The translations under genes were made by a program, and so were the position numbers. DNA of 63,550 nt, the filler included, from Neolecta irregularis DAH-3 (Eukaryota): the NCBI GenBank assembly GCA_001929475.1. It is 11 parts of 11 records of this genome, joined end to end, with 100 filler letters (N's around TTAATTAATTAA, not from the genome) between each part and the next. Parts side by side here need not be neighbours in the genome. Positions count along the whole stretch, not along the records: positions 26,666 to 43,314 come from LXFE01000532.1; positions 43,415 to 51,937 come from LXFE01004069.1; 9 more parts are not named here. One strand, written 5' to 3'. Under the pieces are notes generated by a model, which was not told where the DNA came from, did not search any database, and saw nothing but the letters and a program-made list of their open reading frames with translations. This document shows, piece after piece, positions 37,382 through 50,908 of the stretch (position 1 is the first letter of the stretch; the number at the start of each line of letters is the position of its first letter).

Positions 37382-38984
37382 TCAAAACTTTGTTGCTGGT
37401 AGAATGACACCTCGACATTCACCAAACCCTACTCGGGCGCTGTCTTTTCCTGCCCAAGCAGTCATGATAATTTCATCTCCATCTTCAAGCCAGGTCCGAG
37501 CTGCACTACCAGTAATCTTGACTGACTGCTTCCCATTCCGGCTCAACTCGAGGAAACATCCGAGCTTGTCATTTGACTATATGGTCAAAATACAGTTGCT
37601 TCTAATCGAGTTACATCTCCAGAGATGGTTCCAGTTCCGAGCAGATCCCCTGTTCGAAGGTTACATCCACCGACAGTATGGTGAGTAAGCATTTGGGCTG
37701 CCGACCAGTATAAATGTTTCAAGTTTGTTTGACCAATCGTGGCAGTATCTTCACTTCCAGACACTTTGTGTGAGGTTTTCCAAGTTTGGGGACGATCAAG
37801 TACCCCTGAGATCTATCTGAATGTTCACATTATACCCAGCTTTCCGGCTCATACAAAGATATTCGGGGTCGGCATAGTCCTGCGTTCCAGTGTGGACAAG
37901 TAGAGAAACTTACGTGTTCAGGTAAGGCGCATTTGAAAGGCTCAAGAGCATCTAAAGTTACGATCCAAGGACTAATTGAAGTCGCAAAATTCTTTCCGTT
38001 GAACGGACCGAGAGGGAAGTATTCAAAACTTTGAATATCGCGTGCTTGAAATGAGTGATGGCGGGATTCTGGCGTTTTACCACTCCAATCGTTCAACAGA
38101 ACTGCGCCAAAGATGTGATCTTCAGCTTCATTTATGGCAACCCTTTCCCCCAATGTATTCGGTTTGCAAACGAAGAAACCCTGGTCCATTAAATTAGCAA
38201 TACCACTTGTATATACCATTTCTGCTTCGTAATCCATCTTTGTACACGGACCAAATGACGGCTCTCCGCCAGTACTCGTTTGCCCCAAAGGTCTTCTAAT
38301 AGACGTGCCAGAGCTTACAATTGAAGAAGCTCGACCGTGATAAGCAATTGGAAGGCGTAAACTATAAAGGTTAAAAGCTCTGGTCATCGACTAACGCACA
38401 AGGCAGGCGGCAGAGAAGCGTTTTCGCCACGCATAGCTTTCGAAGCATTGAAAGCATGCTAGTAATATGAATATGTAGCCAATGAGATTCAAATACATTG
38501 CGACAAGTGTAAAAGTCTGTATAATCTCCGATGCTCATTGGAAGATGGCATGTGACATCTTTGTCAGAGATTAATGCACATTTGCGGAGATAATCATTAT
38601 TCTTGAGGGTTTCGCAACTTTCTGAAAGCAGTTCCTGAAGTCGTTCTCTTGTTCGGGAGATAGTGAACCGACCAAGAGCGGCAAAGCAATTTAAGTCCGA
38701 CTATTGATTCCATTGATATGGTTCTAATTCGAGGGTAATCACCTTTGAAAAGACAATCTCGGGATTTTCCAGTCCTTGCACATTTTTTAAAAGGCCTGCT
38801 GAGGCTAATTGTGCCAAGTCGATTACCCAATTACCGAGAATAGTCGCGGCGCGCTTATGAGGCTCCTTGTCAGCTATTACACAGCCGTAGGTACATTAGA
38901 AGAAGACGATACGATCCCAAATGGGATGTTTGCGAGCGAAAAAGGAGACTTCGGGTCTACATGTAAAAATGACCGTAAACTCAT
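37382..38984 (-). CDS. FAH: Fumarylacetoacetase, multi-exon
   Basis: SPFSLANIPFG, LPIAYHGRASSIV.SGT.IRRP.GQ, DYEAEM, LNDWS/ARDIQ.FEYFPLGPFNGKNFATSISPWIVT and GFGECRGVILPA. Confidence 0.9.
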
Positions 38985-39038
38985 TTGGATCATTTGCGGG
39001 GTCGGAATAATTATGGAATAGAAATTGTTTCGCCGAGG

Positions 39039-39790
39039 TTATTTCTTTTGCTGCAATACTTTTCTCAGAACCATTCTGAAAACGTTTCTGTCTTGAACAC
39101 TCCATTTTAACATTCTATCATTCATGTTTTTTGGAGTTTTAGGGCCAATGTTCCCCTCCTCTAGCTTAGCCGGAAGATACCAGCATCCTTCCGCAGACTT
39201 TCCACACTTTGTTCTTAAGCCCAACACCATGACGTCATCACCATCCTTGAACGCCCGTCGTGCAAAGAACATTTGTTTATCCGGTCCGAGCACAATATTC
39301 GCCAGCCCTCTTTTTTTTAAAAAGAAAAGCCAGAAATACATTCGAATTAGTAATCCACGCGATCTCAGGCAGAAATATCCGATTGGGCTAAATGTTGGGT
39401 CGTCGTATTTCAGAGATATTCTCAAACATCTGGTGAGATCCTACGACACCTTGGACACAACCGCAAATCAAAAGAAAAATGACTGCCCGTAACGAAGACT
39501 TTATGGATATCGACGATGCAGCTGAGCTTGCTCAAATCTCGAACCAGCTGGCATATGCCCGTCAGCAGAATCCATTTCAAATGCAAAAATCGGCTGAATT
39601 CTATCGACAAGTGTGCTAATTCATACCATCAATAAAATGACAGAGAACTAACACGACTCCAGGGCAAAGCGTTTGAACCCCTTCCATCCAATACGACTGC
39701 TATTTTCGTCCTAGATACCAACTTTCTCATCTCTCATCTTTCTACAATTTCCCTTCTACGACAATTGTCTCATGACTGGGGGCACCTCAT
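39039..39790 (-). CDS. Hypothetical protein (3' exons; 5' end undetermined)
   Basis: A 128-aa terminal ORF and upstream same-strand ORF pieces. No family recognised. Confidence 0.3.
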
Positions 39791-40267
39791 GATAATACCG
39801 TACCGGTATCCCCGATTTCTTGTCTAACTGTATGAAGGTGGGCGGTCATTCAGGAACTGGATGGGCTGAATGGTCTTCACTCTGGTTCGACATATGCAAA
39901 TTCAAAAGGTGCCGATTTACAGACCCTTGCGCGTTCAGCTATAAACGTACTTTATCCTCTTTGCAAGTATTCCGACTGACGGATATGGTGGATTGCAAAT
40001 TCGCTTTCCCAGCAAGACAACTCTATAAGGGGCCAAAGAATGACAGACGTCATCGATACAAACTTGAGCTCGAACGACGACGCTATTCTGGATTGCTGTC
40101 GGTACATAGACACCGAGTAGCTATATCTGACGTTCCAGATATTGGGCGGAAAGAACAGACATACCCATCTGGCTATTGACTTCAGATACAAACCTGCGAG
40201 TGAAAGCAATGGTCCACTGTAAGTATACCCACCCCTGAAATATCTACTTATTGAAGCAATTGGTGCA

Positions 40268-41044
40268 GTGAACCCACTCAACCTATCAGCCATAGAAATT
40301 CTCGCTCAAGCTTTCCGCACCATTTCTCGCTCATCCTCTGTATCTTCAATTATGCAAGTGGACACACGAACAGAGATAGATACCCATCAGACCAAACGTG
40401 TCAAAGATATAACCATGTCATATCCATCGCCCAGATCGGATCCTCCTGAAAAAGGGATATACTCTTCGAAATGGGCACCCTTGTCGCCTCGAGTGCGGAT
40501 TCAACAAAATAAGTATTCACCGTCCGCTTCTTTGGCCTATAGTTCTTTGAGCATGCTTCAATCCCCTTTCGATCCTCGAACCGCAAGAGACCCGATTCTT
40601 TCCTCGCTCTTTCGAGATATTAATCAAACCATTACTACTGTATCTACACCCTATCTCCGTCATCAGGCAACCAAGTCTTTTGGTGGTGAGCTTGGAGCTT
40701 CCTGGATTTTCAGTTCAACTCCAAATCCCAAGAACTTTGATGACGTAGTTCGAATTCTCACAAAGTCGTATTTTACAACGTTTTCGGATCTATTTCCACG
40801 ACGAAAGGGTGATCGGGGCGGTCGGTGGATTTTAACATTGAGTGAATGTCTTAATAAATGGCTCATATGGGCCGAATGTGGAGTGGGTGAAAAACCCCAG
40901 AAGACAGAAATGATTGTTTGGCTTAACGATGTCTTTTATTTGTGGCAGGGCTTGGCAAGCGGCATAGAGAATCGGGAACAGAAAAGGGGTCGCGAGGAAA
41001 CGGTAATTGGCTGGCAGCAAAGCCTGGATAGGTTGTGGGCTTGA
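40268..41044 (+). CDS. Hypothetical protein
   Basis: 258-aa open frame with a structured-looking Trp-rich C-terminal half. The true start is probably a downstream ATG. Confidence 0.45.
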   Translation: MNPLNLSAIEILAQAFRTISRSSSVSSIMQVDTRTEIDTHQTKRVKDITMSYPSPRSDPPEKGIYSSKWAPLSPRVRIQQNKYSPSASLAYSSLSMLQSPFDPRTARDPILSSLFRDINQTITTVSTPYLRHQATKSFGGELGASWIFSSTPNPKNFDDVVRILTKSYFTTFSDLFPRRKGDRGGRWILTLSECLNKWLIWAECGVGEKPQKTEMIVWLNDVFYLWQGLASGIENREQKRGREETVIGWQQSLDRLWA

Positions 41045-41474
41045 CTCTGAAATGTAAAAGTTTACGAATATTTCTTTAGTTATGATGCTTACTGAAACTA
41101 AATGATATAATTAAAATAACATTGCTATCGCTTAGCTGGGGGTGTGTATACCTCGGTGTTGTCATATTATTATCTAAAATTTTGCATTATTAATAGTTTT
41201 GTTCGTACATATACTAGAATATATCAAGACAGATTACAACTCAGAGATGAGATGTTACTAATGATATTTACTATAAATGCCCTTTCAGCGAAAATTCGGA
41301 TCCACCCCGGACAGGACATGCTTAATACCGCAATTGTCAGTAGTTTCATGCGCCCATCAACAGAGAAACAAAAGTGTAGCCAATCTAACACACGCAAGGG
41401 AATCAGAAAACCCTTATAAAATACCGCCAAAAATAAAATAATAAAGGAAAATAGAGAACAATAAAAGTCGTAAA

Positions 41475-43314
41475 CTATTCGTTGCCGCCAGCAGCAACAC
41501 CTTTTCTCCGTCCGAGTAATGTAGCCTTCTCGAGCGATAGTTCGAATTCACCCGGTCGTCGACTACGGTCTTTGAGTCGTCTTTTATCAGAAATAGCAAC
41601 ATTTCCCGTTTTTTGTTCCAAGTGTTTGATCGAGTTTGGTGAATCTGCTACTTCTTCCTCTACTTCCTCGTCTTCTTCTTCAGGTGGATTAAGAGCGAGA
41701 TTTCCTCGATAAACTCCACGCTTGGAATTTATGCGACGGGCCCCTTCTTCTTCCATGCGGTGTACTGCATAAGACACGTCAAATACTTCTCTTAATGAGA
41801 CGAGGCCTGGTGAACGAAAGTCTCGGCCGGGGTTTTCGATGGCCATTGGAGTGCCTCGCGTTGGAACACCGGCGATGACTGGAGTGAATAGAGGTGGGGC
41901 GTCATGAGCAGCCGTAGTTGTTTCCTGGGAATCAGTACGACGGGGATCGGATAAATTACCTTTGTCTGCCGGATCCATGGATGTGCGAGGAACTGATCAA
42001 TGGTATATCGCTTTTCTGGATCGACCGTTAAGAGATGCGAAATCAAATCTTTAGCGCTTTTGCTGATGTCATCCCACCAAGGAGAAAGGAATGTGTATTG
42101 TCCGCGAGCTACCTTTTGTGTAAGAGTCTCTATGCTTTCATCATAAAATGGCGGAAATCCACAAAGGAGCGTATATAAAACACAGCCTAAAGCCCACATA
42201 TCAACAGATTTTGAGTACCGTTCATCTTTGACGATTTCGGGTGCAGTGTATCCGACAGTTCCACATGGCGTCATAGTCTGAGAATCCCAAACAATCTTTG
42301 ATAAGCCGAAATCAGCAATCTTGATTAGGCCAATGCCACCTGCGCCAAGACCTTGTATGAATTCTCCCTCGTCTTCCTTTTCTTCGTCACCTGGCTGTTT
42401 TGGTCGTGGAAGTTTGCTTGGTGTCATGGGAATCGGATCAAATAGAAGATTCTCAGGCTTGATGTCTCTACGTCATAATTAGAGATAACGCAACACGCAA
42501 AATACCGATGAACAACGCCTTTTTCTTCATGAAGATAGAGAATTGCATGAGCAACTTGACCAATGATGTGTCTTGATAGGTCTTCGGATAAATAGGTAAA
42601 TCGAATGATCTGATGAAACAATTCGCCCCCGTCCATTAACTCCAGTACAAGATAATAATAATCGCGTGATTCCTGAAACTCCAACAACGAAACGACGTTT
42701 GGGTGACTGAGATTGCGCATGATTTGAACTTCCTTGAGGATATTTGCGCGCTGAACAGATGGTCAGTATGAGGCAGACTAGTAAAAAAACAAAAAAGGTA
42801 GACACCTCTATCCCTGTTGCTGCCTTTTTTATGGTATCGTGAAGATGATGGGTCTACAAGAAGAAAAACAGATGTCAGAACAATGAGTGGGTATAATGAC
42901 AAACAGAATGGGCAGGAGGATCACCTGTAGAGAGCAGCGATAGGGCGCTTGCGGGTTCACTCTGAAGGCAGAACAGACGCTTTGTCTAGAGAAAAAAGAA
43001 ATTACCAACCTGAGAGGCCGTCAACTCGTATTTCCGTACAACTTTGATAGCAACCATCTGTCCCGTCTCGCGGTTCTGGGCCTTGTAGACGTTGCTGAAG
43101 GCGCCGCTTGCTGTCAGCCAGCCCCAAAGACGCGCCGCACTCTCCCATCTTTTCGATCAGCCTGTACTTTTCCAGGCCAGGATAGCGCTGCAGACGGCCA
43201 TTTGCCTCTTTTTCCTCCGCGACAATTTTATGCAGTGCTTCATGGACACCAGGCTGTTTCTTGCTCCAAGTACTAGCTGCGGCCTTGGCGGCAGTCGTAG
43301 ATGCAGGTGCAGCG
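41475..43314 (-). CDS. MAPK-activated CaMK-family kinase Srk1/Rck2-like (5' end cut by contig edge)
   Basis: HPNVVSLLEF..ELMDGGELFHQI, GVVHR/DIKPENLL, EDEGEFI.G.G.GGIG.IKIADFGLSK..TMTPCGTVGYTAPE, and C-terminal LREVFDVSYAVHRMEEE. Confidence 0.9.
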
Positions 43315-43414
43315 NNNNNNNNNNNNNNNNNNNNNNNNNNNNNNNNNNNNNNNNNNNNTTAATTAATTAANNNNNNNNNNNNNNNNNNNNNNNNNNNNNN
43401 NNNNNNNNNNNNNN

Positions 43415-43600
43415 ATATAAAATTAAAATATCAAAATGTGGTTGAGTGCCGGTCTACCGATTTTCAGAACCCGGCGCATGAGGGATACTGCTTTGCCTAC
43501 AGACATTCCTATGACCTTGACAAGATAATAGACGCACGAGGGGAAATAGTTGCCAGTTCACTTTGATATTCGCACTCGAACGTGAACTTGGATGACAGAA
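43415..43600 (+). repeat. Variant duplicate of 49032-49209, placed before a 10-N scaffold gap
   Basis: Near-identical except AGGGATACTGCTTTGCC vs GGTAAGGGG and one SNP. Confidence 0.9.
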
Positions 43601-43655
43601 NNNNNNNNNNCGCCGCTGAGCTTAGCAGTTTGTGTTTGGCCTCACGTCATCCCTG

Positions 43656-45603
43656 ATGAATGTCCTCCTTGCTGTTCAGGGCTATTTCTCGAAAATGATA
43701 TCAGCATCGGCTGGTATCAAGGTTCTTCTACTAGACCAGGAAACGGTAAACCGCTCTTTTCTCGTCACTCGAGACCTTGCTAACCACAAAGAGACCCCCA
43801 TCATTTCCATTGCAACCACCCAGTCCATGCTCCTGGACCACGAGATCTACCTCACCGAGTATGTTTCTCTTCGGGATCGCTAATACTACCCATCCAAGTC
43901 ATTTAGATAATAGCAACCGCGAGAAAATGCGTCATCTCAAATGTATATGCTTTATTCGGCCGACTTCAGACAGTGTGCTGCGTATGATTGAAGAATTAAG
44001 GAATCCAAAGTATGGAGAGTATTCCATTTGTAAGCTCATGATGATGACCAATCTTATTCTTCTCATATTTTAGCAATATAATCAAAAAGAGTGCGTTGGA
44101 ACGATTGGCGGAATCAGACGATCATGAAGTTGTCAAAGCTGTACATGTATTATGAAATTATGCATTTGAAGAGACTGATCCTCAGGAATATTTCGCCGAT
44201 TATCTTGCAATCAATCCGGATCTCTTCACGTCAGTTAATATCTCTCCAAACTTTTCGATATGCTCTGATAGATTTGATGCATGGAACTCAGATGCCCTCA
44301 GCAGAGCAAATGATACGCTTTTAGCTGTTCTTCTTTCCCTCAAGCATAAACCATTGATACGGTACGAAAAGAACAGTACCATGGCCAGGAAACTTGCATC
44401 CGAACTACAGGTGAAAAGATTTCCCCCACGTATTACTTATAGATTAGTACAGCATTCAACAGGAAAGTCAACTCTTCGATTTCCGCAAACCTGATACCCC
44501 ACCAATTTTACTCATCGTAGATCGAAAGAACGATCCAGTTACTCCATTATTGTCTCAATGGACTTATCAAGCTATGGTACATGAACTTCTTGGTATAAAC
44601 AATGGCAGAGTCGATTTATCCGATGTTCCAGATGTCAGAAAAGAGTTGAAGGTATTTCGAAGTAAACTTTTCATGGCTAAAGTATCAAGGAAGTTGTATT
44701 ATCAATCGACCAAGATCCATTCTTCCAAAAGAATATGTTTCTGAATTTTGGTGATCTTGGAGCAAATATACGAGAATATGTCGAACACTACCAGAGCAAA
44801 ACAAAGTCGAGCATGAATATAGAGAGTATCTCGGACATGAAACGATTCGTGGAAGAATATCCTGAATTCCGCAAGTTGTCAGGAAATGTTAGCAAACATG
44901 TAGCGCTTATTGGAGAGCTGAGTCGGCGTGTGGAAAATGAAAACCTGCTGGAAGTCAGTGAATTGGAACAGAGTTTGGCGTGTATTGATGCTCACAATAC
45001 AGACTTGAAGGTATGTGTTTGAGGACTATATCAAAAGACTTATTGAAGACCTTACGACGACATCTTCAAAGCTCTATACCTAGTGATTCAAAGGTTCGCT
45101 TGGTAGCATTATATGCGATTCGATATGAACGTCATCCGAATAACTCACTTCCTGCTTTGTTGGAGCTCCTTTCCCAGTTCGGGGTTCCTTATGAGCGAGT
45201 GGCCAAAATCAAGGCCCTTATGTCTTACGCTGGTCTCAGTAATCGCCAAAAAGATCTATTTGCTTCTGAGGGAATCTTTTCTCGAGCAACAAGTGGGTTC
45301 AAAGGCCTCAAAGGCGTTGATAATGTTTATACTCAACATATTCCTCAAATTGCCCATACGATATCGGCACTTGCCAAAGGGAGGCTTAAGGATGCTCTAT
45401 TCCCGTTCATTGAGGACAGCAACAGGGATAAACCTCAGGACATTGTGGTGTACATGATTGGAGGAACGACTTACGAAGAGGCTAAAATGGTCTCACAGAT
45501 CAATGCGACAACCCCTGGTGTGAGAGTTGTTCTTGGTGGCACTTCAATTTTAAATAGCCGTAGCTTTTTGGACATGCTGAAGGTTACTAGAACAGAGGGC
45601 TAA
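43656..45603 (+). CDS. VPS45: Sec1/Munc18-family protein Vps45, multi-exon
   Basis: [70 protein letters not shown] and IGGTTYEEA. Confidence 0.95.
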
Positions 45604-45929
45604 TCTCATAAGCTGTACTTTGGAGTTTGTAAATTGGAATGCATCATTTTGCGCAAGAGTAACATAGCTTTGGATTTCTCTTGTCAAATATGAGACCTGG
45701 AGGAAAGTGGCTCGGGAACAAGATCGCACCCTAACCACCTGAAAAGTCATTGCAGGTCTCTACAAGAACGTTCACCTCCAAACCCGGAGCTGCTGTCCGT
45801 AAGTAGAAATGAATAGATGAATTTATCATTTAGTTCCAATTCTTCGGGGGCGCGTGTCTGAGCACCTTTCTTTCTACTGGCGCAAATTTTTGACATCGAC
45901 CAAAAATCATAATTTTCGATATCTTAAAT

Positions 45930-46891
45930 ATGTCGATCGGGAGAATCCGGATAATACTTCCTTTTGCTGAACGCGCTTGCAAATCTCTCATTGCTTCTAA
46001 TGTAATTATCATTGGAGAGCTTGTGAAATTGATATAGCAGAAGCGCTTGCTGATACAACGTCGATCTCTCCAGTCCATTTCCAAGGATCCCATTGAAACG
46101 CTTTCCAAACTGGAAAAATCTGCTCCCCATGAAATCAACGACACGCATGAGACTCTACCAAACCCTGAAAAAGTACCTCGAGAAGAATCGGAACTATTAG
46201 AAAACCCAAATGAAGAGCAGAGGTATTACTACATACTTTGCTTTAGTTTTAAAGCATCAGAAATACCGCGCCTTTTCACAGTGCGAATGAAGGGACTGAA
46301 GGCGATGCAGATGTCCACCCATTTGCTCATGTTCCAGCATCTGTCACACTGGCGTATCTTGAGCCTTGGAAACACGAAGCGCCTCATGGACTTCGGGTAT
46401 GCAATGTTCATATGCGATCATATAATCTTCACTATCTTACATTCTACGCTGATTTCGTCCTCAGAACTGCCTGGTACCTAAACCTTCCAGCAACAGGACC
46501 AATACCTCTTCCTAAACGACGCGAAAGGTGGACTGTACCGAAATCGCCTTTCATTCATAAAAAGATTCAAGAAAATTTCGAACGGATCACTTATAAACGC
46601 CTGGTTTCAATAAAAGACGGACATCCTGATACTGTCGCATTGTTCCTTTCTTATCTCAACCAGAACGGGTTTCCAGGCGTGGGAATCAAGGCTACTACAT
46701 GGGAATGGGATGATTTGGATTTTGCAAAACGGCTGTCGCAGGAAACAGACCAGTTAATAGAGAATATTGCTAACAAAGCATTTTCCATTGAAGAAGCCGC
46801 GCAGCAAGTGCTAAGTAGTGACCTCTTTCAAAATCTGGATGATGAGGTTGCAAATACGGAAAATGCCAGTGGCAGAGATTCTACGAATTGA
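45930..46891 (+). CDS. RSM10: Mitochondrial ribosomal protein uS10m, multi-exon
   Basis: RSYNL..L.FYADFVLRTAWYLNLPATGPIPLPKRRERWTVPKSPFIHKKIQENFERITYKRL. Confidence 0.88.
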
Positions 46892-47153
46892 TGCAGTTGG
46901 TGTTCTTAGGGCTGTAAAGGGTGAAAAGTACAACGTTCTCGGATTGTGCTATTCTTGGACGATGTCAAGATTCTCAAATACTACATGATGCATGTAGAGT
47001 TGTGTATATATTGAGTAATGGGTGGAGGTTCAACCTTGCATTATATCTAACATCCACGTTCGTTTCATTGCCGTCGCTCCTTCCCAGCCATTTGCTGCTG
47101 CTATTATGATATCAATTCGTTGCTGTTTCTACTCATGCGCTTGCTGAATGCCT

Positions 47154-48977
47154 TCAGATTTGTCTCAAATTGGACAAAAGCAACAGCGCGTCTAGTATCG
47201 TGTATAAATTTCCCCGGTAGTCTACATGAATTCTCCAGACGAAAAAAATACCACCGCTTTAAGCGTCGTTCAGCTCGACGGAGCCGTTCATCGCCTTTCT
47301 TTCCTTGCAATTCCAGATATTCTACAAGACGGAGACATTACCGCCTACTAAAAGTGCGTACTTTTGCAAATCGTCAAAAGTCAAATGTAATCGACATTGG
47401 GCAAGACTTCCGAAGAGGGAACTTGGATCGTTCAAGTCAATCTTCACATTCTTGGGATGCGTCAAAAGCCGAGATATACGAGAAAGCATTTACAGTTTCC
47501 ACTAGGTCATATAGCAGACATGTATTCCGTCCTGCGTTTCCTGATCCTGGAGATATCTGCATCCAAACTCTGGTTTGTGGCAAGCCCATCGCTGCCTATT
47601 TTACAAAGGATGTGCCTTCAATTGCATTCTTTCGCAATACTATATCGCTGCAACCAACTACCCAGTCTGCTTCAGAGTCATTGCTCATAACGCACATTAC
47701 ACGAAATGCAGATCTGTATGCAATCCGAAGCCGCTCAAAGATTATTAACTTTTCTCATCAAAAGCTGAAAAATCTCATGTCGGTTAGCCTTCGGCTTAGC
47801 CATCTCGCACTTGGTTTATATACAATAGCATCACCACGAACATTTGTAATGCATCATTCGATCCTTCAGCTCACTGGCCGATTTGATGTCAGATGGCTGT
47901 CAAAACTCGTGGATCAGACATTTGACGCAGAAAGTCTACAAAGTAGGATTGATCGTCTACTGGTTACTGCTCTACCGCAAGATCTTCGCGTAACAAAATA
48001 TGAAGGGTATGTTCTTAGTGTGTCTGTCTGTCCCCCTGAGGTATACCACAATCTCGCTAGTTCTTTTGTTCAGCTTATAGCGAGGGCAGATATTGTCTCC
48101 TGTTTTGCAGCTCGAGATTCCTGAAAAAAAGACCAAGTGTTCAGTACCTCTTCAAAGTTTCACTACTGTCACAAAACGAATCTCTTTTGATGGAAAGAAC
48201 GATATCTTACCGCCTATCATCACTTCACATCATATCCTGCACGAGGAAATTTACAAAAGGGCTTCACCCGAAATAGTATCTCCCGGGTTGTCTGAGAATA
48301 TAGCCCAATTGGAAGATTCGACACTTGTTAACGATTGGGAATACACGACCTTGCAATCTACATGCGCTCAAGCTGACAATATCAAAATTTTGCAAAAGCC
48401 GGATAGATGTTTGAGCTTAATAGAACCTTGTACATCTCCAAGTTCAAAGGAAATTTTACTACGAGAAATTGGATCTTGCGAAATCAAACTGAAGAAAGCA
48501 AGGCGTCGACCTTTTATATTCCAGCTCGACGAAACACTTACTAGAAAAACCCCGAATGAAATTCTTCCGAATCCGAATGTGGAGTCTGACGTTGAGCACA
48601 AGACCTCTGCCTTGGTAGCCGAGTTGAAAGCGAAATTTGAGTCTGAAAGGAGATGGGCAAGTCAGCGTAAAAGTCTTTGTGCCAATTTAAAAAAGGAGCG
48701 AGAAAACAGTTTACAAACGGAATCTGCGACGTCGTCTCTTAAAGTAGCACGAGTACGTTTTTCCGACAAGACTAGCGAACGTGTACCTTGTCGTGGTCTT
48801 TACTTGATGAAACCGAGCGACGGACTTCATCTCTTGACGACCTCTTGTAAACACAGAATGACCGGGAGAAAGTCTGTTAAAAGTCTCATCTCGCAATTCG
48901 AATTGGTTGGTGGGAATATTCCAATAGTTGAAGGTGAACCAAAGATCTTCTACTTTGATACAATTTTGTTTGGGTAA
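47154..48977 (+). CDS. Hypothetical protein (two exons)
   Basis: The 334-aa and 294-aa ORFs are joined in phase by a 40-nt GT..AG intron at 48041-48080. No family recognised. Confidence 0.55.
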
Positions 48978-49363
48978 GTCTTGACGGCTGTTATTGCTAG
49001 TCATATAACTTGATCGCTACATTTTTGCTGAATATAAAATTAAAATATCAAAATGTGGTTGAGTGCCGGTCTACCGATTTTCAGAACCCGGCGCATGGGT
49101 AAGGGGTACAGACATTCCTATGACCTTGACAAGATAATAGACACACGAGGGGAAATAGTTGCCAGTTCACTTTGATATTCGCACTCGAACGTGAACTTGG
49201 ATGACAGAAAACAGACTTGAAAAATGGCACGCTCAGGTATCGAGTGACCTGTTATGTCGGAATTGAAGTTCAGATAGGCTATTCGTATCAATGAATTCCG
49301 AGTCAATGGGGTATGGAGCTAGAGATTCGTGATTATCGTCGATCACTATTCGTATTCTCAAGA

Positions 49364-50907
49364 CTATCCATGTCTAACAATATTTTCTTTACAAGTAATC
49401 CCCTCTTTTTCGAGTTCACGCAACAAAGGCTCGACAGTCAGACTAGTTGTTGGCGCCCAGACTCCGTGTATATTTAAAATCCCGTCAAGGATTAAAGAGG
49501 TTGCAATTGCGCAGGGCGTGCCGACTAGTTTGGCCATTGCTGTATATCCGTCCACTTTGCCAAACTCTAGAAGCGTGCAGTTTTGCGTTTCCTGGGGTTA
49601 GCAGAGATATATAGGTGGCGTACGAGTGTGCCGTCTTGTAGTTCGACTTGGAAGCGGTGTTGGAGCATTACCATGTCCCGTTCGCCTTTTTCATAGTGCA
49701 TTAGGGATTCTAATGTTGCACAGAGAGTGTCGAGAGGGTTGTTGCGCGGGGTAATGGGCGTGCTTGAAAATAAACCGAGCCAACGCAATCCATCTACGAT
49801 GCGAGCTTTTTCAGCGGCAGAGTTGAAACTAGTTTTAGAAGAAATAGCCTGAATCAAATCTCTTGCAAGTTAGAGGATTATATTGAGGTGGATACTTTTC
49901 AGAGGGGGAAGCGGAACCTAGGGTTTTTGAGAGGGCGTGGTTCCAGGGTATGTTTGTCTTCCAAATATCGCATTCTGTGTCGTCTAGTAAACCGATGTCA
50001 ACGAGAACTTTGATAAACTCGGGGAACCCCTGGTACCGCAACGTTCCACGAATAATAGTCTCTGCCTCGGGAATCTGATAGCGTTCTTTGTAAAAGGATG
50101 AATCTCGGTTCGGATAAGCGACGAATGCAAAGCCGGGGAAAATAAAATAGGGTTGAGCAAATTTCATTAATTGGTCTCCTGGAATTTGCACGATTGTGTT
50201 ATTTTCCCAGAATTTAGCTGGGTTGAGGAGAGCTTGGAGAACTCCTCTTGATGACCAGGAGAATTTATAGCCGAGCGGGTTGTCTGAGTTTTCCGGGGCG
50301 GGCAGACCACCGCAGTATGAAAGAAAGCTTTTTATTTTGCCTCCTTGTTGGTGGACTTTGTCGATTGTTTTTATTGCAAAGAGGTGGTCGAGGCCTGGGT
50401 CTAGGCCGATTTCATTCAAAACGACGATACCAGCGTCTTTTGCCCTGTAATTTAAAAAGATAACAAGGGTGGGTACGCTTGGTCTAGGTGTTGCATTGCA
50501 GGGGAGATATAACTTGTCGTGACGACGTTTGTTTTCATCTTGATTGCAGATTTAATAACGTCCACATGGAATATATACGGAATCAAACTTGTGTTAGTCT
50601 TGCATTTTGGGCGAATACCTGACTACGATATCGTTTTTAGCGACCAGTATATCTAGATCTTGAGAATTTGTGACGTCGAGAGAGATGGGATGGGCGGATG
50701 GTATGTCCTTGCAGAGGATTTGTGCTTTTTCAAGAGTTCGACAAGCTAATTTTAATTCTGGCGGTACAGGATATTACCGACTGTTATTTTATTCTCGGGT
50801 CTGCGAGCGAGGTAGTCTAGACAGGGTTTTGCAACGAAGCCGGAGCCGAGCAAAAGGATGTGCCTGATGTTAGTTTTGAAGAGAAATAAAGACTTTGTGC
50901 GAGGCAT
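49364..50907 (-). CDS. LYS9: Saccharopine dehydrogenase (NADP+, L-glutamate-forming), multi-exon
   Basis: ILLLGSGFVAKP, NEIGLDPGLDHL, SYCGGLPAPENSDNPLGYKFSWS, RGTLRYQGF, ERDMVMLQH and AMAKLVGTPC. Confidence 0.95.
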
Positions 50908-50908
50908 T

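Noticed and set aside
34934-38984. Malic enzyme next to fumarylacetoacetase as a fumarate/malate metabolic cluster
   Set aside because: Only two genes and no other tyrosine-catabolism genes nearby. Chance adjacency is sufficient without synteny data.
48041-48124. Overlap of the 334-aa and 294-aa ORFs as a programmed frameshift
   Set aside because: A 40-nt phase-0 GT..AG intron (48041-48080) joins them simply.
49030-49340. Possible structured ncRNA in the duplicated intergenic segment
   Set aside because: No recognisable snRNA, snoRNA, RNase P/MRP or tRNA motifs. The duplication is better explained as an allelic bubble.
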